Assembly (NCBI GenBank): GCA_007130125.1
Contig: SLSZ01000033.1
Location: 1-53,655, forward strand
DNA: 53,655 nucleotides
Source: Bacteroidales bacterium
Lineage (GTDB): Bacteria; Bacteroidota; Bacteroidia; Bacteroidales; UBA7960
Direction of reading: 5' to 3'
Positions 29,481 to 41,000 of the stretch are shown piece after piece. The notes beneath the pieces are model-generated. The model saw nothing but the letters and a program-made list of their open reading frames with translations. It was not told the DNA's origin and did no database searches. The first letter of the stretch is position 1. Each line of letters begins with the position of its first letter. Both the position numbers and the translations under genes were made by a program.

Positions 29481-31517
29481 ATGAGTTTTGTCAATCCATG
29501 GTTTTTATTTGCTTTATCGGCAGCTGCCATTCCCATAATAATACACCTTTTTCATTTCCGCCGGTTCCGTAAAGTGTTTTTTTCAAACATTCATTTTCTT
29601 GAAGAGCTTAGTGAGGAAAAGCGAAAAAGGTCCAGGCTTAGGAATATTCTTGTTTTATTGTCAAGGCTTTTGGTTGTAATTTTCCTTGTTTTGGCTTTTA
29701 GCCGTCCGTATATACCTCAAGAAGATGCTGATATAAGCCATGAAGGGAATGCTCTAAGTGTATATGTTGATAATTCATTTAGTATGGAGGCATTGGCACC
29801 GGGTGGCAGATTAATAGATGAAGCGAAAATGTTAGCAGCTGAAATAGCTGATGCTTTTCCTGCTGCAGACGATTATCATATTCTTACCAATGATTTTGAA
29901 GGCAGACACCAGAGGTTTGTTAACAGAGAGGACTTTATAAGTTTTATACATGAAATTGAATTATCCCCCCGTGTGAGAACGCTTTCCCAGATCTATAAAA
30001 GACAAAAGGAGATGTTAAATCAATCTTCATCAGCTAATAAAAGCATATTTATTCTTAGTGACTTTCAGAAAAATATTAGTGATTTTGAAAATTTTGCAGT
30101 AGACACTTCTATCTCTGCATACTTCGTTCCTTTAAAATCTCAGCGTTCTGATAATGTATTCATTGATTCCTTATGGTTTGAAAGTCCCGTTAAGCTTGCT
30201 GATCAACCCGTTACGGTAAATGTTGTTATTTGTAATGACGGCAGTCAGTCGCTCGAAAACCAATCAATAAGATTATATGTTAATGATGTTTTGCGAACAG
30301 TTGCCGGCTTTGATATTCAACCCGGCGAAACATTGGAAAAACAATTATCTTTTACGGTTAATGACGATCAAGTTCAGCAGGGGAGGGTCGAAATAGTTGA
30401 TTATCCCGTAGTATTTGACGATAAAAAATATTTTAGTTTCCAGGTAACTGAAAATATACCTGTAACAGTAGTAAACCAAAGTGTTGAAAGCCGTTATCTT
30501 AACGCCTTGTTTGATGATGATGATACGTTTGATTATCGCAATATGTCATTATTAAACATTGATTATTCAGCATTTCAATATTCTGATATTCTTATTCTCA
30601 ATGGACTGAATTCAATATCATCAGGTTTGAGCCTGGAAGTTAATCGCTTTGTTAAGGAGGGGGGAAGCCTTGTAGTTTTTCCCGGTGATAACATTGAACC
30701 GGATTCATACAAAAACTTTCTTACTTCTCTGAATGTAAATTATTACGAACCTTTAGACACAAACACATATCATGTCTCATCTCTAAATGATATGCATCCA
30801 CTTTTTTATGGAGTGTTTGAAGAAGTGCCTGAAAACGTTGATCTGCCTGTAGCGTATAAGCATTATCAGATAAGTAGCAGCGTATCGGGCACTGAGGATT
30901 ATTTGATGCAATTGCAAAATGGAAATAATCTTTTTACTTCGCAAAACTCAGAAGCCGGGAAAGTATATTTATCAGCTGTACCATTAAATGAAGAGTTTAG
31001 CAACTTTCCTTTGCACCCTGTTTTTGTACCAACACTTTATAATGCTGCACTGTACAGTGTACCAAGAACAAAACCATATGAAGTTATCGGTGGTAATACT
31101 CCCATACAAATCCGCCATATAGACAGAACAAGAGATCCGGTTTACAAACTCAGAGCCAATGAAATGGAAATTATTCCCGAAGTGCGCAGGATTGATAACA
31201 GGGTAAATCTTTACATCCATGATCAGGTTGAAAGAGCAGGGAATTATTTGCTTTTTTCTGATGGTAATCTTATTGATGGAATTTCTTTCAATTATGACCG
31301 CCGCGAATCAAAAATGGACGTGTATGATGCAAAGACACTTGAAAACAAGATTGATGACCATCAGATTAAAAACGCCAATACTTTAGATTTGGGCGATGTA
31401 TCTTTTGACAAGGCTTTTGAGCGTTTTTCCATGGGCAGGGAATTATGGCATATTTGTCTTATTTTAGCCCTGGTGTTTATCCTTGCTGAGATACTTTTGC
31501 TTCGGTTTTGGAAGTAA
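29481..31517 (+). CDS. BatA-N-terminal-domain membrane protein
   Basis: 678 aa. Characteristic double-TM N-terminus (NPWFLFALSAAAIPIIIHLFHFRRFRKV), a large extracytoplasmic region, and a C-terminal TM (LWHICLILALVFILAEILLL). Confidence 0.7.
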   Translation: MSFVNPWFLFALSAAAIPIIIHLFHFRRFRKVFFSNIHFLEELSEEKRKRSRLRNILVLLSRLLVVIFLVLAFSRPYIPQEDADISHEGNALSVYVDNSFSMEALAPGGRLIDEAKMLAAEIADAFPAADDYHILTNDFEGRHQRFVNREDFISFIHEIELSPRVRTLSQIYKRQKEMLNQSSSANKSIFILSDFQKNISDFENFAVDTSISAYFVPLKSQRSDNVFIDSLWFESPVKLADQPVTVNVVICNDGSQSLENQSIRLYVNDVLRTVAGFDIQPGETLEKQLSFTVNDDQVQQGRVEIVDYPVVFDDKKYFSFQVTENIPVTVVNQSVESRYLNALFDDDDTFDYRNMSLLNIDYSAFQYSDILILNGLNSISSGLSLEVNRFVKEGGSLVVFPGDNIEPDSYKNFLTSLNVNYYEPLDTNTYHVSSLNDMHPLFYGVFEEVPENVDLPVAYKHYQISSSVSGTEDYLMQLQNGNNLFTSQNSEAGKVYLSAVPLNEEFSNFPLHPVFVPTLYNAALYSVPRTKPYEVIGGNTPIQIRHIDRTRDPVYKLRANEMEIIPEVRRIDNRVNLYIHDQVERAGNYLLFSDGNLIDGISFNYDRRESKMDVYDAKTLENKIDDHQIKNANTLDLGDVSFDKAFERFSMGRELWHICLILALVFILAEILLLRFWK

Positions 31518-31625
31518 AACAATTAGTACTCTCTTTTTTTTATAATAGACCGGCTATATTTTTTTATATCAAAGTTTTGATGTATACCTGTTAATAAAAA
31601 CATTCAAAATAAATATCAAAAACAA

Positions 31626-31633
31626 TAACTTTG
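31626..31633 (+). promoter_or_regulatory. Candidate -7 box (TAnnTTTG) upstream of parC
   Basis: TAACTTTG at 31626-31633, about 37 nt upstream of the ATG at 31670. Confidence 0.45.
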
Positions 31634-31669
31634 CACCGTTTAAAAAACATTAGTTATTATAATTATTAA

Positions 31670-34348
31670 ATGGGAGAAAAAGATATTCATAACCAACCAA
31701 GTAACGAAGAGAATCCTGGACTTGAAAATACTTCACGTGGTTTACCGGAAGAAGACGAACATGGGTTAAGGACTACACGCCTTTCAGGCATGTATAAAGA
31801 CTGGTTTTTAGATTATGCTTCCTATGTTATTTTAGAGCGAGCGGTTCCGGAAATTCGCGATGGATTAAAGCCTGTTCAGCGACGTATCCTTCATGCGATG
31901 AAAGAGTTGGATGATGGCCGTTATAATAAAGTAGCAAATATTATCGGCCATACCATGAAATACCATCCCCATGGTGATGCATCTATTGGCGATGCATTGG
32001 TGCAGCTCGGACAGAAAGACCTTCTGGTGGATACACAGGGAAACTGGGGAAACATTTATACCGGCGACAGTTCTGCTGCACCGCGATATATAGAAGCAAG
32101 GCCTTCTAAATTTGCTCTTGAAGTAGTATTTAACCCTAAAACTACCGAATGGAAGCAATCATATGACGGGCGAAACCGTGAGCCGGCTTATCTGCCGGTG
32201 AAATTTCCCTTGCTTCTCGCACAAGGTGTTGAAGGGATTGCTGTGGGATTGGCGTCAAAAATTCTCCCTCATAATTTTAATGAACTAATTGATAGCTCAA
32301 TAAAATATCTCAAAGGACAGAAACCAAACCTGTTGCCCGATTTTCCTACAGGAGGGTTGGCTGATTTTACAAAATATAACAATGGACAAAGGGGTGGCAG
32401 AGTCAGAATAAGAGCTAAGATTAATATTATAGACAAAAAAACGATCTCTATAACTGAAATTCCTTATGGAACTACTACAGGCAGTTTGATAGACAGCATA
32501 CTGAATGCTAATGACAAGGGTAAGATCAAAATAAAAAAAATAGAAGATAATACAGCTGAACACGTTGAAATTGTGATTGATCTTGCCGCAGGAATATCTC
32601 CGGACCAGGCGATTGATGCTCTTTATGCTTTTACAGATTGTGAAGTTAGTATCTCACCCAATTGCTGTGTAATAGCTAAAGGCAAGCCTCAATTTATGAG
32701 TATCAATGATATCCTTGAAATATCAACAGATAATACCGTTGGGCTGTTAACAAAAGAACTGGAAATAAGGAAGCATGAATTGCTTGAACAGCATTTGTTT
32801 TCAAGTCTTGAAAAAATATTTATTGAAAATAAAATATATCGTGATATTGAAGAGTGTGAAACTTGGGAAAGAGTTATAAATGCTATTGATAAAGGGCTTG
32901 AGCCACACAAAAACAAGTTCTACCGTGAAATAACACAGGATGACATTGTTAGGCTTACTGAAATTAAGATTAAAAGGATCTCAAAGTTTGATACCCTCAA
33001 AGCGGATGAGATTATTAAAAATCTTGAGAATGAATTGTTGGATGTAGATGATAAGCTTAACAATATTATAAATCATGCAATAGAGTATTTCAAATATATC
33101 AAAAAGAAATACGGAAAGGGTAGGGAGCGCAAAACAGAAATCAGGTATTTTGATAATATTGAAGCTTCAAGAGTTGCAGTTGCAAACCAAAAGCTTTATG
33201 TAAACAGGTTGGAAGGTTTTGCCGGTACAGGGTTAAAAAAAGATGAGTATGTTTGTGATTGTTCGGATATTGATGATATAATTGTATTTAGACGAGACGG
33301 AACCTTTATAGTTACAAAAGTTTCTGAAAAATCGTTTGTCGGCAAGGATGTTATACATGTAGATGTGTTTAAGCGCAATGATGATCGCACAATATATAAC
33401 ATGATCTACCAGGACGGCCAAAATGGAAAAGCATTCATGAAGCGCTTTGCTATAAAAGGAGTAACACGCGACCGTGAATATGATCTTACAAAAGGTACAA
33501 AAGGTTCTAAGGTGTTATATTTCACTGCAAACCCTAATGGAGAGGCCGAAGTCGTTACTATATATTTAAGACATAAACCGAAATTGAGAAAACCTGTATT
33601 TGATGTCGATTTTAGCGAACTTTCAATTAAAAGCCGAAGCGCTACAGGTAACATTGTTACACGTCATATGGTAAGGAAAGTTGAACTTAAAGATGAGGGT
33701 GTACCCACACTGGGTGCAAGGCATATTTGGTTCGACAATACAGTGCTTAGATTAAATATTGATAAAAGAGGCCAATATGTGGGTTCATTTCAGGGTGATG
33801 ATAAAATTTTAACCATTTACTCGTCGGGAAACTACAGGCTAATGAACTTTAGTCTCTCCAGCCATTTTGAAGAAGAGCCGGTTATAATTGAGAAATTTGA
33901 GCCCGGCAAGATAATTACGGCAGTTTATTTTGATGGCGAGAAAAAACACCATTATGTCAAAAGATTTGAAATTGAACAAACAGACAAAATAGTGTCTTTC
34001 ATTGGTGATCATCCTGAAAGTAAACTGTTAAAGGTATCGGTGCATCCAAATCCAGTTGTAAAAGTTGAGTTTGTTACAAAAGGCAAGAAAATCAAATCTG
34101 AAGAAGAAATTAATCTGGAAGAGTTTATTGGAGTAAAAGGTTTGAAAGCCAGGGGAAAAAGAATAACACAACACTTATTGCAGAACGTTGATTGGATCAC
34201 AGGAGAACCTTGCCCACCCAAACCACCTGAAGAAAATGAAGAAAACAACGAAAAATCCAAACCAAAAAAAGAGAATGGCTCAGGTGTAATTAAAAATAAC
34301 CAGGATTTTGACTCCAGTGAAAGCAAACAAATTAGTTTGGATTTATGA
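31670..34348 (+). CDS. parC: DNA topoisomerase IV subunit A (Bacteroidota-type)
   Basis: 892 aa. YKDWFLDYASYVILERAVPEIRDGLKPVQRRILH, KYHPHGD, catalytic-Tyr region AAPRYIEAR. The N-terminal region and length match Bacteroidota ParC rather than GyrA. Lys/Glu-rich C-terminal tail. Confidence 0.85.
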   Translation: MGEKDIHNQPSNEENPGLENTSRGLPEEDEHGLRTTRLSGMYKDWFLDYASYVILERAVPEIRDGLKPVQRRILHAMKELDDGRYNKVANIIGHTMKYHPHGDASIGDALVQLGQKDLLVDTQGNWGNIYTGDSSAAPRYIEARPSKFALEVVFNPKTTEWKQSYDGRNREPAYLPVKFPLLLAQGVEGIAVGLASKILPHNFNELIDSSIKYLKGQKPNLLPDFPTGGLADFTKYNNGQRGGRVRIRAKINIIDKKTISITEIPYGTTTGSLIDSILNANDKGKIKIKKIEDNTAEHVEIVIDLAAGISPDQAIDALYAFTDCEVSISPNCCVIAKGKPQFMSINDILEISTDNTVGLLTKELEIRKHELLEQHLFSSLEKIFIENKIYRDIEECETWERVINAIDKGLEPHKNKFYREITQDDIVRLTEIKIKRISKFDTLKADEIIKNLENELLDVDDKLNNIINHAIEYFKYIKKKYGKGRERKTEIRYFDNIEASRVAVANQKLYVNRLEGFAGTGLKKDEYVCDCSDIDDIIVFRRDGTFIVTKVSEKSFVGKDVIHVDVFKRNDDRTIYNMIYQDGQNGKAFMKRFAIKGVTRDREYDLTKGTKGSKVLYFTANPNGEAEVVTIYLRHKPKLRKPVFDVDFSELSIKSRSATGNIVTRHMVRKVELKDEGVPTLGARHIWFDNTVLRLNIDKRGQYVGSFQGDDKILTIYSSGNYRLMNFSLSSHFEEEPVIIEKFEPGKIITAVYFDGEKKHHYVKRFEIEQTDKIVSFIGDHPESKLLKVSVHPNPVVKVEFVTKGKKIKSEEEINLEEFIGVKGLKARGKRITQHLLQNVDWITGEPCPPKPPEENEENNEKSKPKKENGSGVIKNNQDFDSSESKQISLDL

Positions 34349-34529
34349 TTTTGAAGTGAACAGAAACGGGGGTTTTTTGTTTTATTTTTAATAAAAGCAA
34401 TGACATTTTATAAAATAATTATGTCTTTATTATCAAACTTTAAAAGGCATCATGCAGACAAGTATTTTATAAAAATTAGTCTGTTTAATAATTCGTAGAT
34501 AAAAAGTGTATAATTAAAACTATTCAAAT

Positions 34530-35753
34530 ATGAGAGACTCCAAAGTAATTGACAATAAAGTTTTAAAAATAAAGGATGATATCCACTGGATTGGAATACT
34601 TGATTATGACATTGTCACTTTTGACGTTGTAATGGAAACGGAATATGGAACTACTTATAATTCGTATTTTATTGATGCTGAAAAAAAAGCTTTGATTGAA
34701 ACCAGTAAGGAAAGGTTTTGGGATGTTTATTTAGATAAAATCAAGCAGGTTGTTGATCCTGCAGAAATAGAGTATATTATTTTAAACCATACAGAGCCGG
34801 ATCATAGCGGTAATTTGGGTAATTTGCTTCAATTAGCGCCAAAAGCCAAGGTCGTTGGTAGTCGATTGGCAATAAGCTATTTAAAAGATTTCCTGGGAAA
34901 AGATTTCGACCATATAATAGCTAAAGACGGTGACAAGCTGGACTTAGGTAATAAAACGCTTAAGTTTATCTCGGCACCCAACTTGCATTGGCCAGATTCA
35001 ATTTATACTTATCTTGAGGAAGACAAGCTTTTGTTTACATGCGATTCCTTTGGCTGCCACTATTGTCATCATAAAATGTTTGATGATCAGGTCGGAGATT
35101 TTGACGATGCTTTCAAATACTACTTTGATGTAATATTAAAACCATTCAGTAAATTCATGCTAAAAGCCATTGACAAGATACGTCCATTGGAAATTGATGC
35201 CATACTTACCGGTCATGGACCTTTACTTACCAGCAATTGGAAAAAGTATGTTGATTTATCTGAAAAATATTCAAAAGAATCTTTGGACAATCCTCAAAAA
35301 AACCGTGTGTTTATTCCGTATGTTTCGGCCTACAATAACACAGGAGAGCTGGGCGAAAAGATCGCTGAAGGGATTAGGTCAAAAGGAGATTTTGATGTAG
35401 AAGTAGCTGATATAGAAACTATGCAGGTTGGAGACCTTGATGAACGGGTTGCAAAAAGTAATGCTATTATTGTTGGTTGCCCTACAATAAACCAAAATAT
35501 ATTACTCCCCGTGTATAAACTTTTTAGTGTAATAAGCCCTATAAGAGATAAAGGTAAGATTGCCGGCTCTTTTGGTTCTTATGGTTGGAGCGGGGAAGCC
35601 GCAAAAATGATAAATACAAACTTAATAAACCTTAAACTAAATATGATTGAAGACGGTGTGTTTGTTAAGTTTTCACCCCACGATGACGAGTTTAAGCAAT
35701 GTTATGAATATGGTGAGAAAATAGGAGAAAAGATCCTTGAATTTGCAGAATGA
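34530..35753 (+). CDS. FprA-family flavodiiron protein (metallo-beta-lactamase-like plus flavodoxin-like domains)
   Basis: 407 aa. Di-iron ligand motif HTEPDHSG and a C-terminal flavodoxin-like module ([18 protein letters not shown]). Confidence 0.9.
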   Translation: MRDSKVIDNKVLKIKDDIHWIGILDYDIVTFDVVMETEYGTTYNSYFIDAEKKALIETSKERFWDVYLDKIKQVVDPAEIEYIILNHTEPDHSGNLGNLLQLAPKAKVVGSRLAISYLKDFLGKDFDHIIAKDGDKLDLGNKTLKFISAPNLHWPDSIYTYLEEDKLLFTCDSFGCHYCHHKMFDDQVGDFDDAFKYYFDVILKPFSKFMLKAIDKIRPLEIDAILTGHGPLLTSNWKKYVDLSEKYSKESLDNPQKNRVFIPYVSAYNNTGELGEKIAEGIRSKGDFDVEVADIETMQVGDLDERVAKSNAIIVGCPTINQNILLPVYKLFSVISPIRDKGKIAGSFGSYGWSGEAAKMINTNLINLKLNMIEDGVFVKFSPHDDEFKQCYEYGEKIGEKILEFAE

Positions 35754-35978
35754 TTTATGACCATAGTAAGATTTGTAATATCTTAAAAGAGTTATTTGCA
35801 GGTTATATATTTCATATGAATATTTTCGTATTGTATGTAAAATATACTTAATCAGTATTATCCGAGGTGTTCAATAATAAAAAAACGATTTGAACAGAAA
35901 ATATTATTCTTAAAAATTTGTTTAGGTTAAAAAAGTAATTGTATATTGCTTTATGATAAATTGTAACATTTTTTCTAA

Positions 35979-36899
35979 ATGAGATCTGTTGTTTTTGTTT
36001 GTTCAGTTTCGTTACTCTTGTTTATTACTTCATGCTTTCCGGTGCAACGTTTAGCCCGGGAATTTGCTGAAATAAAAAGAAATAAAGTTGTTGTGTTGCT
36101 TCCGCCGGAAGAATCAGATATACTCCTGTCATACTATCCACTAGACCCCTATGAATATGATATATCAGAATCTTTCTATAGTTTAGCCGAAAGCCGTTTT
36201 TTGGAACATATTAATGACTCTATTGTAATCGATCTTTATATGGAAGGTCTTACAGACCGTCTTAATCAATATAACATCAGATATATCATTCCTGATTCAA
36301 AGGAATTGGTCCTGCAGCAACATGAAAAAGCTTATTTTTTCACTGTTGCACAACTGGAGATGCTGGAATATCTTGACACTGTTGTAATAGAGTCAGATTC
36401 GGTATATATTAAATTTCCTGATCATAGGTATGCTTATGTTTATTCTGCATCTGAGCTTGAGGGTATTGAATATATTGATACTGTGAAAGTAGATTTTGAG
36501 CTTGAAGATATTTCTTATCAACGACAATTCAGTCGTACAAATATTGAAGCTAATACCTGGTTAGAATTCGTGGAATTGGATGAAAAGAACAGACCTGTGC
36601 AGGTTTTATTCAGTATGCAATATACAAGTGATATGCATAATGGGTATTTTATGATTGAATATCCGGATCCGGAAATTAAATTCTCTCACCAATCATATTT
36701 TATTTATCTTAATGACGTTCTTGATCTTATTTATTTTTCAGGGTATAAAAATGGAGAATATATAGCCGATCATATATTTAATCTTTTTCTTGAGGAAAAT
36801 CTTGGCAAAGAAAATGTTCAGCATTATTATAAATATGATCCTTTCAGGAACAGAGCTACCAGGGCTAATGATGACCGTTTTATAATTATGGATCCATGA
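35979..36899 (+). CDS. Hypothetical lipoprotein
   Basis: 306 aa. Lipobox LFITSC. Acidic and Tyr-rich. I recognise no motif. Confidence 0.55.
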   Translation: MRSVVFVCSVSLLLFITSCFPVQRLAREFAEIKRNKVVVLLPPEESDILLSYYPLDPYEYDISESFYSLAESRFLEHINDSIVIDLYMEGLTDRLNQYNIRYIIPDSKELVLQQHEKAYFFTVAQLEMLEYLDTVVIESDSVYIKFPDHRYAYVYSASELEGIEYIDTVKVDFELEDISYQRQFSRTNIEANTWLEFVELDEKNRPVQVLFSMQYTSDMHNGYFMIEYPDPEIKFSHQSYFIYLNDVLDLIYFSGYKNGEYIADHIFNLFLEENLGKENVQHYYKYDPFRNRATRANDDRFIIMDP

Positions 36900-37000
36900 T
36901 TATAAAACAAAACTTTGAAATAAGTAAAAAATTTTGAGAGGTTAATTAATTATTCCCGTTAACAATGATTCCCGCAGCAAGTTTTTATTTTGGCAATTAA

Positions 37001-38014
37001 TTATTTGTAACGGGTATAAGGAGTTACCTCCTGGGAAGAAAAGTCTTTTTTTAAATATTTGTAATAACCTGCAATAGCTATCATTGCAGCATTGTCGGTA
37101 CAGTATTCAAAAGGAGGAATAAATACTTGCCATTCATGCTTTTTTTGCCTGTCATACAGTGCATTACGTAAACCAGAGTTAGCTGAAACACCTCCTGCAA
37201 TAGCTATTTGCTTTATTCCGGTTTTGTGGGATGCTTCTTTAAGTTTGTTCATTAATATTTCAACAATAGTGTGTTGTATTGAGGCACAAAGGTCGTTCTT
37301 ATTATTTTTTATAAAATCAGGATTATTTTTAAGTTGATCTCGCAAAAAATAAAGTATTGATGTTTTTAATCCACTGAAACTAAAATCCAGATCAGGAATT
37401 TTAGGGTGTGGAAAAGGAAACTTTTCAGGATTTCCGGTCCTGGCATACTTGTCAATTAAAGGTCCTCCCGGATAAGGCAACCCCATAATTTTCGCAGCTT
37501 TATCAAAAGCTTCACCAGCAGCATCGTCAATAGTTTGTCCTATGATCTCAAAATCATAATAACTCTTTACCAAAACAATTTGTGTATGCCCACCTGAAAC
37601 TGTCAGGCACAAAAATGGGAATTCCGGGAAACTCTCTTTGCCTTCATCTTCAATAAAATGAGCCAGAATATGGGCATGCATGTGGTTTATATCCAATAAA
37701 GGGATGTCTAAAGCCATTGCAAAAGCCTTTGAAAAAGAAGTGCCCACTAAAAGAGAACCTAAAAGTCCTGGGCCAGAGGTGAATGCTATTGCATTTATCT
37801 CTTTTTTTTGTACCTTTGCAATACGGATTGCTTGATCCACGACAGGTATTATGTTTTGCTGATGAGCCCTGGAAGCCAGTTCAGGTACAACTCCACCAAA
37901 ATTTTTGTGTACCTCCTGATTTGCAGTAACATTGGCAAGGATTTTGCGATCAATTAATATTGAAGCGGAAGTATCGTCACAGGATGATTCAATACCCAAA
38001 ATTATTATTCCCAT
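37001..38014 (-). CDS. tsaD: tRNA N6-adenosine threonylcarbamoyltransferase
   Basis: 337 aa. GIESSCDDTS, HxxxH metal site (HMHAHILAH), GGVSAN. Confidence 0.95.
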   Translation of the reverse strand: MGIIILGIESSCDDTSASILIDRKILANVTANQEVHKNFGGVVPELASRAHQQNIIPVVDQAIRIAKVQKKEINAIAFTSGPGLLGSLLVGTSFSKAFAMALDIPLLDINHMHAHILAHFIEDEGKESFPEFPFLCLTVSGGHTQIVLVKSYYDFEIIGQTIDDAAGEAFDKAAKIMGLPYPGGPLIDKYARTGNPEKFPFPHPKIPDLDFSFSGLKTSILYFLRDQLKNNPDFIKNNKNDLCASIQHTIVEILMNKLKEASHKTGIKQIAIAGGVSANSGLRNALYDRQKKHEWQVFIPPFEYCTDNAAMIAIAGYYKYLKKDFSSQEVTPYTRYK

Positions 38015-38073
38015 TACAAAACTTTTGCTAAAGCCATACGTTTAATTTATTGAAAGGCAAATTTACCAAAAAT

Positions 38074-41000
38074 ATGAGAAAAAAAGCATGGCTCATAATA
38101 ATAATCACAATAGTGATAATGCCCGTATTTTTATATACTGCATTGCGAAGCAGCTATGTGCAAAATTTTTTGGTGCAGAAGGTAGCAAGCCACTTGAGCA
38201 AAGAATTTGAAACAGAGGTTCAGGTTGGCGGTATTGATGTTACCTTCTTTTTAAACATTGTTCTTGAAGATGTGTCTGTAAAAGATAGGACTGATCAACC
38301 TTTGATAGTGGTAGAACGGCTTGTGTTTAACACCGGCAGGTTCGGTTTTCGAAAACGCTTTTTAGTGATAAACAAACTTAAATTCGAAAATGCAGAGATT
38401 AACATCATAAAATACAAAGATGCAGAAGATTTTAATATACAATTCCTGGTTGATTATTTCTCACAGGATACAGTAAAAAAGGATCCAAAACCATGGGATA
38501 TTGAATGCAAGTCGTTTGTTTTTGAAAACAGTGATTTTTCTTTATTAAATAAGAACATTCCTGTTAGCAACGGGCAATTTGATCCCAATAATATATCATT
38601 ATCAGAGCTTAACATGGATATCTCTAATATTAATTTTGGAAAAGATACCATGGCAGCTTCACTTAATCAACTTTCGTTTAAAGAATCCAGTGGGTTTGAA
38701 TTTGAGAAACTATCAGGAGATTTATTTTTAAGCACAGAAGGAAGCTCTGTTAAAAATATGGTTTTAAAGACCAACCATTCATTGCTTAACATGAATGCTA
38801 GTATGGAATACAGCTCGTTGGATGATTTCAAAAATTTTGCCGAAAATGTTTACCTGGATTTTGACATGGAAAAGTCATCCTTGGGTTTTATTGATATAGG
38901 ATATTTTTCGGATGAGTTTGCAGGGAAAAGGGATAAAGTTCTTCTGCAGGGAAACCTCAGTGGGAAACTATCTAACTTCAGAGGCCGGGATTTTATTCTT
39001 GCTTTTGGAAGAACAACTATTCTGGATGGGAATTTCTTTGTCTCAGGATTACCTGACTATGATAATACTTTTATAAACCTTTCTGTCAATGAATTTACTA
39101 CTTCACGGTTGGATATTGACCGTTTTGCTGAAGTTGCTGACATAAAAACCATTGATTCAGAGCATTATGAGTATCTGGTTAATCTTGGAAATGTTCGCTT
39201 TACAGGAAATCTGACCGGGTTTTTGAATGATTTTGTTGCTTATGGAGATTTGAATACCGATATCGGCATGATCAAATCTGATATTGCAATTTATGATGAC
39301 CATGAAGCAGGTGATATTGGCTACAGAGGATCCCTTGCAGCTAAAAGTTTTGATGTTGGCAAATTCTTAAACCAACAAAACACTATTGGCAAAGTCAGTC
39401 TTGACTTCTTTGTGGAAGGTTCTGGAGGTGATCTTGAATCGGCAAGCATGGAGTTGAAAGGCAAGATTGATACCATGATGCTGATGGGTTACAATTATAA
39501 CAATATTAACCTCTCAGGTAGCTTTATTAGCAAGCGGTTCAATGGAAATTTTGTGATTGATGATCCAAATATAATGTTGGATTTTGCCGGTATAATTGAT
39601 TTTTATCAATCTCCATATCGCTTTGATTTTTATGCTATGGTTGATAATGCGAATCTTACTAACCTTAACTTATATCAACGTGACAGCCTCTATCAGTCAG
39701 TGATTTCTACATATCTTACTATCAATACTAAAGCAACCAAATTGGATGACCTTGAAGGTGATATTATTATTGACAATACTAAATATAGAGAAATAGCCAT
39801 CTATGAAGAGGATGTGAAAAATTATAATTTTAATAAAATTTTAATATCCAACCATATAGATGATGAAAAAAGCAAAAATATTGAACTACTTTCTGAAATT
39901 TTAGATATTAATATAAATGGTAATATAAATTTTGATAATATAACAAATTCAGTTAATTACTTTTTTGCTTCATATATGCCTGCCTGGTATAAAGATATTC
40001 CTGATACCTTGCTATATGAAACCGATGATACTGATTTTAAATATTCAATTGATATAAAAGATGCTTCACCTGTTACTGAAATATTTATACCTAATCTTAC
40101 AATTGCTGACAATTCAAAAATCGAAGGAAACTTTAATAACAAAACTCAGCAATTTAATATTCGCGGCAATGTACCCACGATTGTTTATAACGATAATGTT
40201 TTTTATGACTTTGAGATAAATGCCGGGCATGAAGACGAACGATACATTTTTGAGCTTTCGTCTAACAAGTTTATGATTTCAGATACCGTTTGGGTTGATA
40301 ACCTTAGTTTTACCAACTTATTATCTAATGACTCTTTAACAACCCAGCTTAAATGGAAAAATGAAGATACTAAAATTAGAAATGAAGGGTGGGTAGAGAG
40401 TGTAACGAGTTTTGACAGATCTGATCGTTTTAATATCAGGCTTCTACCCAGCAAAGTTTTTATTAACGATTCACTTTGGCAGGCAAACCAGGATCATATT
40501 ATACATGTTGATTCTACTGCATACACCGTAGATAACTTAAGGATATATAAAAATCAAGAGCATATAATTATTGATGGTAAAGTCTCCAGAAGTTATGATG
40601 ATGAATTAAAGTTTGGGTTCAGGGAATTTGACCTGGCCAACTTTGATTGGTTTTTTGAAGCAAGAAATTTAAAATTCGACGGACTGTTAAGTGGCAATAT
40701 CACCGTATCAAATCCTTTTGGCGTACCTAACATTGTGGGTGATGCAGAAATAATAAATTTCGGATTTAATCACGATCATTTGGGGAATCTCATACTAGAA
40801 ACAAGATATGATATAGAGGAGAAGGGCTTTGAAGTTCTTTTGGAAATAATATATTTTGGCAATATTGGCTATAATAAACCAATAGTAGGGTCTGGCTTTT
40901 ACTATCCGGAACGGGAAGATGATAATTTTGATTTGGATTTCAAGATCGAGAACCTTAAAATGTCAATATTTAGCAGATACCTTGAGGGATTTGCACAGAA

